Positions 53,012 through 64,000 of a stretch of 64,000 bases of DNA are shown here, one piece after another. This stretch comes from Lama guanicoe (taxonomy: Eukaryota). The translations under genes and the position numbers were made by a program. A model generated the notes under the pieces. That model did not search any database, was not told where the DNA came from, and saw nothing but the letters and a program-made list of their open reading frames with translations. The DNA lies in the NCBI GenBank assembly GCA_013239625.1, contig MU054187.1, positions 23,188,795 to 23,252,794 of the forward strand, read 5' to 3'. Each line of letters opens with the position of its first letter. Positions within the stretch are counted from its first letter, which is position 1.

Positions 53012-53516
53012 TTTTTTCCCCAGCTTTATTGAGATTTAATTGAGATATTATATAAGTTTAAAGTGCACAACATGATGATTTGATACACATGTATATTGCA
53101 AAATAATTATCACAATAAATTAAGCTAACACTTTCATCACCTCACATTTTTCTGTGTGGTGAGAACACTTAATATTCTACTCTCTCAGCAACCTTCAAGT
53201 ATACAATACAGTATTGCTAGCTATAGCCACCATACTGTGTATTAGATCCCCAGAACTTATCTTATACCTGGAAGTTTGTACCCTTTGACCAACTGTTTCT
53301 TGTTTCTACGAATTGGGCTTTTTTTAAGATCTGAAATATTTATAAATGATATCATACAGTATTTATCTTTCTCTGCTGACTTATTTCACTTAGCATAATG
53401 CCCTCAAGGTCTATCCACATTGTCACTAAAGACAGAATTTCCTTTTTTTTTTTTTTCTTTTTGGCTGAATTCCATTGTATACATACACTACATTCTCTAT
53501 CCATTCATCTAGTGGA
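53012..53516 (-). mobile_element. L1MA-type 3' end
   Basis: cagctttattgagat...ttcaagtatacaatacagtatt...attagatccccagaactt...cttatttcacttagcataatg. Possible TSD gtcagtcta/gtcaatcta. Confidence 0.92.
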
Positions 53517-53619
53517 GAGTCAATCTACTTAGAGATTCAAATGTATCAAATTAAATCACTATTCAGGAGAGACATCGGTCTTACATTGAATGGACAATAT
53601 GGTGTTGAAAGTTTATAAA

Positions 53620-53797
53620 ACATCGTTATCAATCACCACTGTGCATTAAAATCAGTTAGGAGAACTTTTTGAAATATGGATTCCCAACCCACATCCCTGT
53701 GATTCCACTTCAGTTGGCAGAGGCTGGGCACAGGCATAACTTCTTTCTAAAAGCTGCTCCAGAGATTTTAAAGTGCAGTCAGGACTGAGAACCAGTC
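53620..53797. mobile_element. MER5-like hAT MITE
   Basis: tgcattaaaatca...gattccacttcagttgg...ccagagattttaaagtgcagtcaggactgagaaccagt. Confidence 0.75.
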
Positions 53798-55419
53798 CGA
53801 TAGTAAAAGCAATGTGAACAGAGAGCTGATTGAGCAGACCTGAGGTCAATAGTCATTACAAACGCTTATTAGCTATGACTTTGAAAAACTCCTCCAGTTA
53901 ATATCCCTAACACATGGTTTCAGTACAGGACTTCTAAGGTCTCTAACAGCTGTAATGATCTTGTTGCTGTACTGTAGCACTAAACAAGCTACCTCAACCT
54001 TGCAAAGACACTTATGCGTCAATCAACTTTGTGCGTGTTAATAACACACCAATACATTTGCAGCTTCAAAAGGAAATGCTATTTAAAACTCTACCAGTGG
54101 CAACTACTCTTAAAATATTTAAGAAAACATCAGAAAGACCTATGACAACATATATATATATATCAACTCAGAAGGAGAAAGATATTGAGGGAATCCTTGC
54201 CTGCTGGCCTCCACAAGTTTTGGGGGGATTGTAATCTGCAAAACTCTATGACACTCTTATGCAAAAACTAATTAGGAATAACTTAACTCTTAATACTACA
54301 TATAACTGAGTGTTATATAAAAATCAATACATTTCTGGACCCAATTGCTGCATTACTCATTTTAAATGAAAATGTGATTTTTGCTTAAAAAGATAATAAT
54401 ATTTAAGAGTAGCTTGAGAAGGCAATAAAATTACTTCTTCTTGAATGCATTACAGATATTCAATTAGATAGAATAATTATACTCCACCTGAAACTTGGAA
54501 TCTGGTAAATCAGTTATTGTGGGAAAAAAACGAGAGAAGGCCTCTCCAGGAGCAGCCATCATCCACAGCCAGAATCAGCCAGGAACTGAGAGAGGAAAGT
54601 CACTTTAGAATTATTTGGGCCAAGATACCAATCTATGGCCAAAAATGATGCTCTTTCATGAATCAGTCACCTACTGGGGGCACCCAGAATTCAACATTAT
54701 TTATTCATAATGTCTTTTACAACTGTTGTTTTCTACCGGATTGATGCACTACATTAAGATACTATTTTCAAATGAAAGTGAATATAAAAAACTCTTCAGG
54801 AAAGCTATCTATAGTTTCCATATATTAAGAATATGAGTTTTCTTTTTAAAGGACATGTAACAAATGAAACTTTTTGCACTAATTATATAGGGATTCAATT
54901 CCACAGGTATGTTGAGGACTTCGGCAACTCTATATACTGAAGCCGGGCTTCCTGCTCCCCTAAGGCTGCCCAATTTTGTTCCAGTTTCTTTTTCAACAAA
55001 AAAGGCCATCATTGCAAAGTGATTTTGTCACCTTACGAGATAAAAGTGTTCCATAAATTTGGATTTACCAGTGTGAGGCTGTAACAGTGAAAGCCAAGCA
55101 GTGATTTATGTACGTCCAGCATTGGGCTGGTGCATTACAATGAACATAAGCCACTCTCTTCCTTCAAATACTTCACTTTAAGTTATTGGAGCTGTTTAAA
55201 CTAGAATGCTCAGAGACACTGAAAAAAAACTGTTATTTTCTTTTTTTATTGCAGAAAGAAAACACTACCCACAGATAGGCTAAAAATGAATAAAATGGGA
55301 CAAAATAAATGGAATGAATAGAATGGAACAACGCTATTAAAGAAGAAACCGAAAAGTTCTGGAGCTACACTGCCAGTCCTTTTATGGATTCTACTTACTC
55401 CCAGTCTTTTTCCCCTTAA

Positions 55420-55595
55420 GGCTACACTTTCCAAATTTGATTACACGTAAGAATCACCGGGGGATTTTTTTAAGTCGATTTGCAAGCCTTGCCCTTAGCT
55501 GAGATTCAGATCTGAGTTGGGCTAGGGTGAGCATCAGTATATTTTAAAAGTGCCCCGGGAGAGTCTAATGTACAGTTAGGGTAGAGATTGTTGCC
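55420..55595. mobile_element. MER5-like hAT MITE
   Basis: taagaatcaccgggg...tattttaaaagtgccccgggagagtctaatgtacagttaggg. Confidence 0.75.
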
Positions 55596-56242
55596 TCATA
55601 GTATATCATTGACAGCATTTTCTGCAAATCTGAAAAAGCAATGTTAACCCAATAACCTATGTGATCGTCAATAACAAGATTAAATAAGCCACCAAATAAG
55701 TATGCTTGGTAAAAAACCTTCCTGATCCATCTTTTCTCAGTCATTAAATTTTACAATTATCTATATGGTAAGGTAGATTCCTTACCAAGTATCCGAAGCC
55801 TCCACAGGTCCTCACCTAATCAAGAGACTTCAAGGGGCACATATGCCTGGGGACAGGAAACAAATTCAACTGCAGTTAGAAGCCGACATATCTTGTACGT
55901 GATATGGAAGGGCTGCCCTTTAGAAAAAGAGTCTAAGGAACTCAAATCCCATCTCCCCTAGGAGGAAAGGACCAAAGACTTTGCACAATTTTACATTAAA
56001 GTGTAAAAATGCCAGAGGTTTGTACTATTCCCTTTTGCTAGCTGTAAGATTAAGTTTCAACCGATAACTAGGAATTTTTTTGTGATAAATTGGAAGTGAT
56101 ACAGCTCAAAATCACTGGGAAGGTTTGAGTTCTATTTCTCTATTTTTGCTTCTTATCTTTACCTTTCTTGTTGGCACAGGCTGCAGTGATGAAGGAGGAA
56201 GGGGAAAGAAAAAGGAGGAAGGGAAAGGACCAAGCTGTCCTT

Positions 56243-56604
56243 TGTTGATCTGAAACAAACAGAATGCTAGATATTTCTCCAGCAAAGGTGGGTTTACTCA
56301 GGATCAGCAGCCAATTGCAGTTTGGGGTCTGCAACCATGGTAAGCCACCTGCAAGTAAGTCCCTGCACAGCAAGGGAAGAAGAACATACTTATAGAGTGT
56401 AAAAGGAAGTGGGGAGGGCTACAGGAAGCCAAGAGTCCATGGCTTTTCATTGGCTGAGTCCTTGCCAGGCAAGAAGAGGAATACTTCTTCCTCTTGCGCT
56501 CTGCTGTCTTTGCAGGGCTTCAGAGCTACCCTATCTTGTTTTCCTATTTTTGAGGTTTATTTGTTTACTATTTAACTGAAGTTTCTGTTTATTCATTTCT
56601 CACA
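56243..56604 (-). mobile_element. Solo ERV LTR, 362 bp
   Basis: TG...CA ends and TSD cctt/catt. On the minus strand CCAAT (about 56449-56453), TATAAG (about 56389-56394) and AGTAAA (about 56293-56298) lie in the order expected for an LTR. Confidence 0.85.
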
Positions 56605-57425
56605 CATTCCAGAAGAGTTTTACAGCAACTACAAAGTTAAAGGCTTTAGATCTTGTTTGTTTTTGTTTCTGTTCATTTATTTTCTTACAGCTAAAAAGAA
56701 ACAAGGACGTGACATGGAAGTTAGATTCCTACTCTGTAAGTTGGGTCAATGTGAAATCCCAAAGTAAGGAAGGTTATTTTAGTGGTTTCTGAGATGCATA
56801 AAGCCCAATTCAAACAAATACGGTTTCAGGAAGTTAGAAATATTCCAATCGAACAAATCGCCCCCCTACCCAAATAATTTCCAGGATTATCCTTTCTGGT
56901 TCTAGTTTTTCATAATTATGTATGTAATTTTCCAGTGTTCAGAACTTCTAAAGATGGTGATTGTATTTTGCTTAGTCAATGTACAAATTTGTTGGGTTGA
57001 ATAGAGAAATGCAACAAAAATTTACACTCATATGAAGTTCAGTCCTCTAGAATGACATCTTTGGATGCCAGTAAACTAATACTTCATTGGAAAATGAGTA
57101 AAGGAAGGGAAAGAATCAAGCAGCTAGCCTGCTTTTCTGTCTAATCTGAAGTGTACTACTGAGTAAGAAAAGGGAAAGTTTATAGAAGTCTAACTGTTAA
57201 TTATGAATAAAGAAGGATTGATCAAATATCATTTTGCTAGCCAAGTGAATTAATGAATTTAGACACTAGAATCTTGCTAAAAGAGGGGCAGCCAGAAAAG
57301 AAGTGCCTCTGATTGAATAAATATGCCACTTATAATGCAGCCTAATGAACTATCAAACCTAAACTGAGTTAAATTTGTATAGTCAACCAGCGATTTACAG
57401 AAAAGACAGCAAAATAAGAATGTTT

Positions 57426-57670
57426 GAAAACGAATATACATACGTGCATGTATGATGTTTTTGTTTGTTTGTTGTTTTTGTTTTTGTTTTTTTTGATAGA
57501 GGTACTAGGGATCGAACCCAGGACCTTGTGCGTGCTAGACATGCCCTCTACCACTGAGCTATACCCTCCCCTATGCATGTACGATTAAAGCATTGTGCTG
57601 CACACCAGAAATTGGCACAACATTGTAAACTGACTATACTTCAATAAAAACATATTAAAATTAAAAAAAA
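57426..57670 (+). mobile_element. Very short young L1 3' end, split by a SINE
   Basis: gaaaacgaatatacatacgtgcatg...attgtgctgcacaccagaaattggcacaacattgtaaactgactatacttcaataaaaa. Confidence 0.88.
57457..57571 (-). mobile_element. tRNA-derived camelid-type SINE (Vic-1-like)
   Basis: Minus strand reads GGGGAGGGTATAGCTCAGTGGTAGAG...GGTTCGATCCCTAGTACCTC plus an A-rich tail. A and B boxes present. TSD tgcatgtatgat / tgcatgtacgat. Confidence 0.93.
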
Positions 57671-58906
57671 GAATATGTTAAATAACACTATGGGGATAAA
57701 CAAAAAAATTCCAGACTGTTGGAAAATTTACAGGGAAAATAATATGGTTTATTTAACAAATACATTGTCAAGAAAGAGATAGAACGAGAGTGAGCCAGAA
57801 CAAGTATATTAAAAGAAGCAAAAAGACAATTATTAATCACAATGTGTAGGCCTCATTTGGATCCTGACTCAAACTGCAAAAAAAATGAAATAAATAAAAA
57901 ATCTAATGCATTTAGAAATTTCAACACTGGCTTGATTAGCTGAGGATATTAAGGGAATATTAATTTTTAAAGATGTAATTATTTCACTGTGGTTCATCTG
58001 ATCTGGAATAATCTGATTAATACATGATATTACATGTAATGAATAGATCACATAATGTAATGTTGATTAGATATAATTTGACAAACTGATTTAAAATTAT
58101 ATTAGTTCTCAGTGAATTTTAGAATTATTAGATAATCATATAAAGTATTATGAAAGAAATTGGGATATATTTAAGTCTCTAGGTTTGTCAAATTCCATTT
58201 TATATTTGATGAAATATAAATGGCTCATTTTACAATAGTTCCTTAATTCAAAATTAATCATAGTGAAAAATGGGTTGTTTTTACTACGTACAAGGCAGTA
58301 TTTACAGGATAGAGATGTCTTACCTGCTCAACCATTTTCTGTTCTCCCTTCCCCAGCCATTCTATGAGGGGTTCTCTTAGCATAATAATATGTGCTAAGA
58401 AGGAAAAGCAAGGAGGATTGTGCTTTACTCTGGAGGATCTAAACTATGGAAGCCAGATTCCAAAGGAGACTTTAAAGTTAATGGACTGAAAGGGTTGATC
58501 CTTGCCTTAACAGTGTGGTGTAAACCAACAAACCTCTTCGAGAATTTTTGGGGAAAAAAAAGATGGAATTACAGATACAAACTCACACTCATTTTAGTAC
58601 TTCACAGAAATTACAAAGTTGAGGAGAAAAGTGGGGGAAACAGCTGGTCACCCTCATTGACCCCCCAGGGTACCTAATAAGTGCCTTTTTCCAAGATGAC
58701 AAATGAAATCAAACTCTGAGAACACAAAATAAAAGTTCTGCCTCTTATAAAAAAAGACAGCTATAATAATAAGCAATTACAAAATATTTATATTTTGATA
58801 CAAAGATCGGTGGTCTAGCTGTTGTAATGTCACAGGCTTCAAACTTCTCTTTTCTTATGAAAATAGTCTCATTATTGGTCAAAAAAATATATCTAAGATA
58901 AGGAGA

Positions 58907-59725
58907 CCCATTTTCTCCAGCATCATTGGTTTAAGAGACTACCCTTTCCAGATCATGTCATCTTGGCACCATTGTTGAAATCATTTTGCCACATATGTGT
59001 GGGTTTATTTCTGAGCTCTCTATTCTGTTCCATTGGTCTATCTGTCTGTCTTTATGCCAGCATCACCCTGGTTTGATTACTGTAGCTGGTAATATGCTTT
59101 TAAGTCAGGAAATGTGAGGTTTCCAATTTGGTTCTTCTTTCTCGAGATTGTTTTAGCTATTAAGGGTCCATCTGAATTTTAGGATTTTTTTTCTAATTAT
59201 TTAAAAAATGCAATTGGAATTTTGATACAGATTGCATTGACTCTGTAGATCCCTTTAGGTAGTATGGACATTTTAACAATACTACGTTTTCTAATAAATG
59301 AACACAGTATATCGTTTCCTTTATTTGTGTTTTCATTCATTTCTTTTAGCAATGTTTTTTAGTTTTCAAGGTACAAGCCTTTTTCTCCTTAATTAGGTTT
59401 ATTCCTGAGTATTTTACTATTTTTGAAGCAATTGTAAAGGGTTGTTTTTCTTAACTTCCTTTTCAGATTATTTGTTGTTAATATGTAGAAATGCAACTGA
59501 TTTTAATATGTGCAAAAGAATGTGATTCAATCCTTATCTTACATCATACACAAAAAACAACTTAAAATAAATTAAAGACAATGTTAAGACCTGAAACTAT
59601 AAAAGTCTTAGAAGAAAACACAGGGGAAAAGCTTTATAACACTGGTCTTGGCAATGATTTCTTGGCTAAATACAAAAAGCACAGGGGACAAAAGCAAAAA
59701 TTAACAAATGGGCCTACGTCAAAAT
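58907..59725. mobile_element. L1 ORF2 fragment with internal inversion (minus 58907-~59505, plus ~59505-59725)
   Basis: Antisense L1 text (tctattctgttccattggtcta, gtatggacattttaacaat) switches to sense text (aagacctgaaactataaaa...ctagaagaaaac-like, tcttggcaatgatttcttgg). Confidence 0.9.
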
Positions 59726-60029
59726 ACTTCAGAAGTTACTTGGTAATATGAGAAAATGAAAGACTAAAAACAAAACAAAGCAAACAAAAAATATGATTTA
59801 GGAAATAGTAAACAAAACCGCAAAAAAGCATTGTGGGAAATTCCAAGACACTTATGTTTTTCTATAAGGCAGGAACAAAGACAATTTGAGATTTGAGAAT
59901 ATGCCTCTGAAGGCAAAGAAAATAAATAATTTTATAAAATAAAGGTTCCCTGAAGGGAAACATTTAAGCTATGGTAATGGCATAAAATAAAGAGTGGAAA
60001 GAGAGAAAAGAGACAGGTGAAAACAACCA

Positions 60030-60210
60030 GAGATAAAAGGCACCTTGTTAAAATGGCAGAACCACAGATGGAAGAAGCTTGAGTCACTGAATTATCTGAC
60101 CCGGTACACCTGTGTTTGGTTCTAATGTGAGTAAGCAGCTAACTCTTACTATATAAGTCTCTGAGACTTGGGTATTATCTGTTATGGTAGCTAGTGTTTC
60201 TTTAACATTT
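60030..60210 (+). mobile_element. MLT1 (old) 3' fragment
   Basis: atggcagaaccacagatggaagaagcttgagtcactga...taagtctctgagacttggg. Confidence 0.7.
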
Positions 60211-60950
60211 CTTTGCTCTGTGTAATGTGTTTTTGGCCTAAATTTCACCTTGTCTGTTACTGTAACCCCTGTTTCTCTTTTTATCCTTTATTGATTTTTC
60301 TTCTCACTTTCTCTTTTTCTCTCTTTCTCTTCTTCTTCTTTCTTTCCTCCTCCTATTTCTTTTCTTCTTTCCTTGCTCTTCAATGTCCCTGCTATGACTT
60401 TAAGTTCCACTTTTAAAACTCATTTTGTATTAAATTTATCTATTGTGCATAACAAAGAATAGGGATTTTGTTTAGTAATCAAATCTAAAATCCTTTATTT
60501 TAATAGATGAATATAGACCATTTATATTTATTGGTATGGTAATGATTTTGTTCTTATTTCCCTCATATTATTTACTTATTTCTAATTGAAATACTTTATT
60601 ATGTGATGTGTTTCCTTCATTTACCACTTCTGATATTTTGGATGATTTGCCTTTCATTTTAGGATTACATTTGTAATGTAAATGAAAACAAATTTGCCTT
60701 AATCTTTTATATTTATAAGTAGTATCCGTTATTTCCCTAGTAAGAGCAATAATAATATGTCTTCTCTTCTTCCTCATTTTCTCGTTTTTTCTACCATAGA
60801 ATTTTAGACAATAATGATGCTTCCTTTTGTCTTTATCTTTGTACCACTCACAGTTTTGCTTTCTAACGTCAAAGTGAAAACCCAAGTGAGCTGGCACAAG
60901 ATGCTCTCCAGGATACAATATGATTTTGAGACACTAAGGATATCAGACTA
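60210..60950 (-). mobile_element. Old L1M fragment
   Basis: gggattttgtttagtaatcaaatctaaaatcctttattttaatagatgaatatagaccatttatatttatt. Confidence 0.6.
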
Positions 60951-61444
60951 TAATAAAATCACTGTGACAAACTGTTTTTTTTTTTGAAACATATCTTCAG
61001 TCTCCTAAAAGAAAGAGCACCTTTGTGTTAAGAAAAGTTAGTTGAAATACCCTCTTAGTTTGAACCCTTATGCCCTTCCTCCTACACTCTTGCAAAAACA
61101 TGCTTCAGGAAAACCCTAGTCACTCACAGGTAAGGAAAGAAAAATTATCTGGAACATCATAGGTACAAAAGTAATGCAAGAAATAAAGAAGTCTGATTAG
61201 TTATTAATAGGACATCAAACAAAATACATGTTGCCCTTGAGCAAATGAAAACTATGACCAGGTATGTTGCCATGATGAGGAAATAGAAAATCTTAATAAA
61301 ACAATCACCCCTCAAAATAAGTCCATAAAACAAGAATGCAAGAAATGGAAAATAGTGATGCTACAACAGTAGGAAGTGTTATGTGAACTGACAAAGCTTA
61401 GAAAGGAAATTGAAGAAATGAAGAAAGTGGAAAAAGCATTTTTG

Positions 61445-61823
61445 AAAGAAGTCTGAGAGACTTGAAATGGGACAGGTTCACCTGCTGGCCTTGAAGGAGC
61501 CAATTGCTCTGGTGTAGAGAGGCCTCAAGGCAGATAGCAGTGGGTGGTCCCTAGAAGGAGAGAACAATCTTTTGCTAAAAATCAGAAAGTAAGAACCTCA
61601 GTCCTACAGCCACAAGAACTGAATCCCTTAGACAACAACCAGTGACCTTGAAAGAGGACCCTGAGCCTCAGAGGAGCTCACAGCCCCAGATGACATTTTT
61701 ACTTCAGCCTGGTGAAAACCTGAATTGCGAAGTTCCTAACAGACTTCCAACCTGTGAAAGGTAATGCTGTTTAAAGCCAGTAAGTTGTGGTAACTGGTTA
61801 TGAGGTGGTAGAAGGTTAATGCG
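61445..61823 (+). mobile_element. MLT1 (E/F-like) LTR, 3' part
   Basis: acctcagtcctacagccacaagaactgaat...gaggaccctgagcctcaga...tgctgtttaaagccagtaagttgtggtaa. Confidence 0.85.
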
Positions 61824-61824
61824 G

Positions 61825-62760
61825 CCAGGCTTAGAATCCTAGATTGAAAATTATTTGCCCTCAGATTCTGTAAAGTATTGCCTCCATTTTGTTAAGAATA
61901 TGGTATGTCAGCCAATAAGCATGATTCAATACTGACTCCTGGTATTTTTCTATGTGAGTATTTCTTTTATTCTTCAAACCTATGTCCTCAGCCCTAAAAA
62001 ATCTTTCTCTCCTTCTCCTCCTCCTTCCCCTTTCTTTTCCTTCTTTTTTTCTCTCTTCCTTCTTACCTCTCCCCTTTTATTTCTTGATCTCCCATTCCCA
62101 TTATAATTTAGATGTTGAAACTCTACAGCTGTCTCTCTTATTTTTTTGTCTTTTATGTTTTATCATCTCTTTGTTTTCTAGTTCTACTTTCTCTGAGTTA
62201 TCTTCACTTTATTTTCTAATATTTTGACAGATATTTTTAAATGTCTTTTATTTTCATTTTAATGAGTTGTATTTATTCTTTTCCAAATCTTTTTTTTAAT
62301 AGCATCTGGTTTTTAAATTAAATATGTAGTATCTCCTGGTATCTGAGGATATAAATGATAATTTTTGAATGCTTTCTGCTCTCTGCATTGTTTCTATTTT
62401 TTCCAATTTCCTTTTTCTTTGTTGGAATCTGTTTACTATTATTTTTTTTAATATTAGAAACTTTCGCTAATGAGGAATGATTCTTGATCCCCCATTTATG
62501 TTTAAAGATAGAATACAAATATATTTCTTAGAAGTTTTTGCATTTGGGTGGAAGCTTTGAGGGAGTGAACTTTATTATATAATAATGAATCAAATACACG
62601 CTTTTTATCAGGGGCTCACTGACACTAGCTACATGTTGTTTTTCTTGTGTTGGTCAGTTTTCCCAGAAAGGAATCCTCCAATCTCTAGATAACCATGGTT
62701 GCTATGTTCTATGAATCAAGTAGAGAAGGGAGCCAGATGATCTTGGCTTCTCTGTGGAAT
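61825..62760 (-). mobile_element. Old L1M/HAL1-like fragment
   Basis: T-rich degenerate text: ttgaaaattatttgccctcaga...gtattgcctccatt, tctcctggtatctgaggatataaat. Confidence 0.5.
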
Positions 62761-64000
62761 TTTTAGTATGGCTTCTTCACACTTGACCATGCCTGTTGTC
62801 TGTAGACACTGAATCCCTTTGATTCAGATTTTCTGGAGAAGGGAATAAGACAACTGAATAAAACAAAATGGCATACAGGAAATATTAAAACTTTTAGGAA
62901 GATAATAACAGGTAAAAAAAGAAAGGCAAAGAGATCCACCAGACACATAATTGTACTGTCCAAAAAAGAAGTAAGTAAACATATAGACTAATACTGAATA
63001 TAATTATTTTAATATGGAATAAAGCATTACTACTAAGAAAATATTTAAGTGACACACTAAATGTTGGAGGGGTACTTGACTTAAAATGATCATCACAAAT
63101 ATATACTCATTTGATATCATATGAGACACTTACAGAAGGTTTTCCGTTTGTTGAATAAATGAGTAATTAAATGAACAAATGTAGACTAAAGATACAGAAT
63201 TTCATCACTGAATTCTATATAAAGCCTTTATATTGCAAAGGTAACTTAAATTTTTTGAGATTTTTTTATACCCATGACTTCATTTTTTGTATTTTATATT
63301 TATTTAACACAGCTTTCATTAACTAATGTATCATGAATATATAAACAAATATTTTAATATCATCAAAGATGTTGGGGGTAATATGGAGAGAGGAGTTTCT
63401 GCAAATAAATGGGACTACTGATAGTAAAACTCTCTTTTTGAAGGGCTAATATATCTTAAGTAGCAAAATATATTATACATATTATTAGGATGAGGAAATT
63501 GACAAAGTGAGCAAAAATCACTTGCTGTCATCAGAAATAAATGTAATGGTAAAAGTTATAGGAATATATGAAAAATAAAATTAGAAATGATTTCTAAGAG
63601 AGAGAAATGTTGAAAGCTTCAATGCAACATGATGTGAGCATAGGTTTTGTTATTTTTCTCTCGATCTGTATTTTTAAATTCTCACTTGGTTTCTGGCTTT
63701 GTCTGAGAAATAAAATCTTTTTACAAAACTTCCAAAAAAATTCTCTTGGTATTTTTAGCTGAATCAAAAACAGGAAATATCATTTTGTGGGAAAGTCTCC
63801 TGCCGAGACAGTATGAATTTTTAACTAATTTTGTAAATGTAGAGACTTTGCAGGGTCTGATTATCCCACTTTTGTGTATCTACAAACTTGACACAATGTT
63901 GCAAGAATAAAGAACTTCAACTATAATTATGATGTTTACATATACCAGCCACTAAAACTATATTATTGAAAATTCATCTTTCATTTAAAAAATTTTAAAT

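Larger units (their letters stand above)
57230..57990 (+). mobile_element. Old L1MC-type 3' region, host of nested insertions
   Basis: ccagactgttggaaaatttacagg...aatgtgtaggcctcatttggatcctgactcaaac...gatattaaggga. Confidence 0.7.

Noticed and set aside
57495..57571. tRNA-like sequence
   Set aside because: It has an A-rich tail and a TSD, so it is a SINE head, not a tRNA gene.
1..64000. Scattered AP-1 heptamers, and L1 orientation as a clue to a host gene strand
   Set aside because: The heptamers appear about as frequent as chance predicts, and L1s occur on both strands about equally, so no host-gene strand can be inferred.

Overview
AT-rich, CpG-depleted mammalian genomic DNA (intergenic or deep intronic), very probably from a camelid: a tRNA-derived SINE at 57457-57571 has the camelid-type head GGGGAGGGTATAGCTCAGTGGTAGAG, and the young L1 3' UTRs are of the artiodactyl type. 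I find no supportable protein-coding gene, rRNA, tRNA or CRISPR array. All listed ORFs are short chance frames or retroelement remnants. A large part of the window is transposable-element debris of several ages: young L1 3' ends with target-site duplications (TSDs), old L1M, L2, MIR, CR1/L3, MaLR (MLT1) and ERVL (MER74-like, LTR16-like) LTRs, two clean solo ERV LTRs and hAT MITEs (MER5-like). The most notable structures are two twin-primed (5'-inverted) L1s, a tail-to-tail L1 pair about 70 bp apart, a three-level nested insertion, a headless SINE-tail insertion in an MLT1, an ERVL LTR-spacer-LTR relic with PPT- and PBS-like motifs, and a few weak minus-strand exon candidates in the repeat-poor 40-50 kb zone. 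I do not see a convincing novel biological system. Family names come from recalled consensus motifs, not database searches, and the boundaries of old repeats are approximate.
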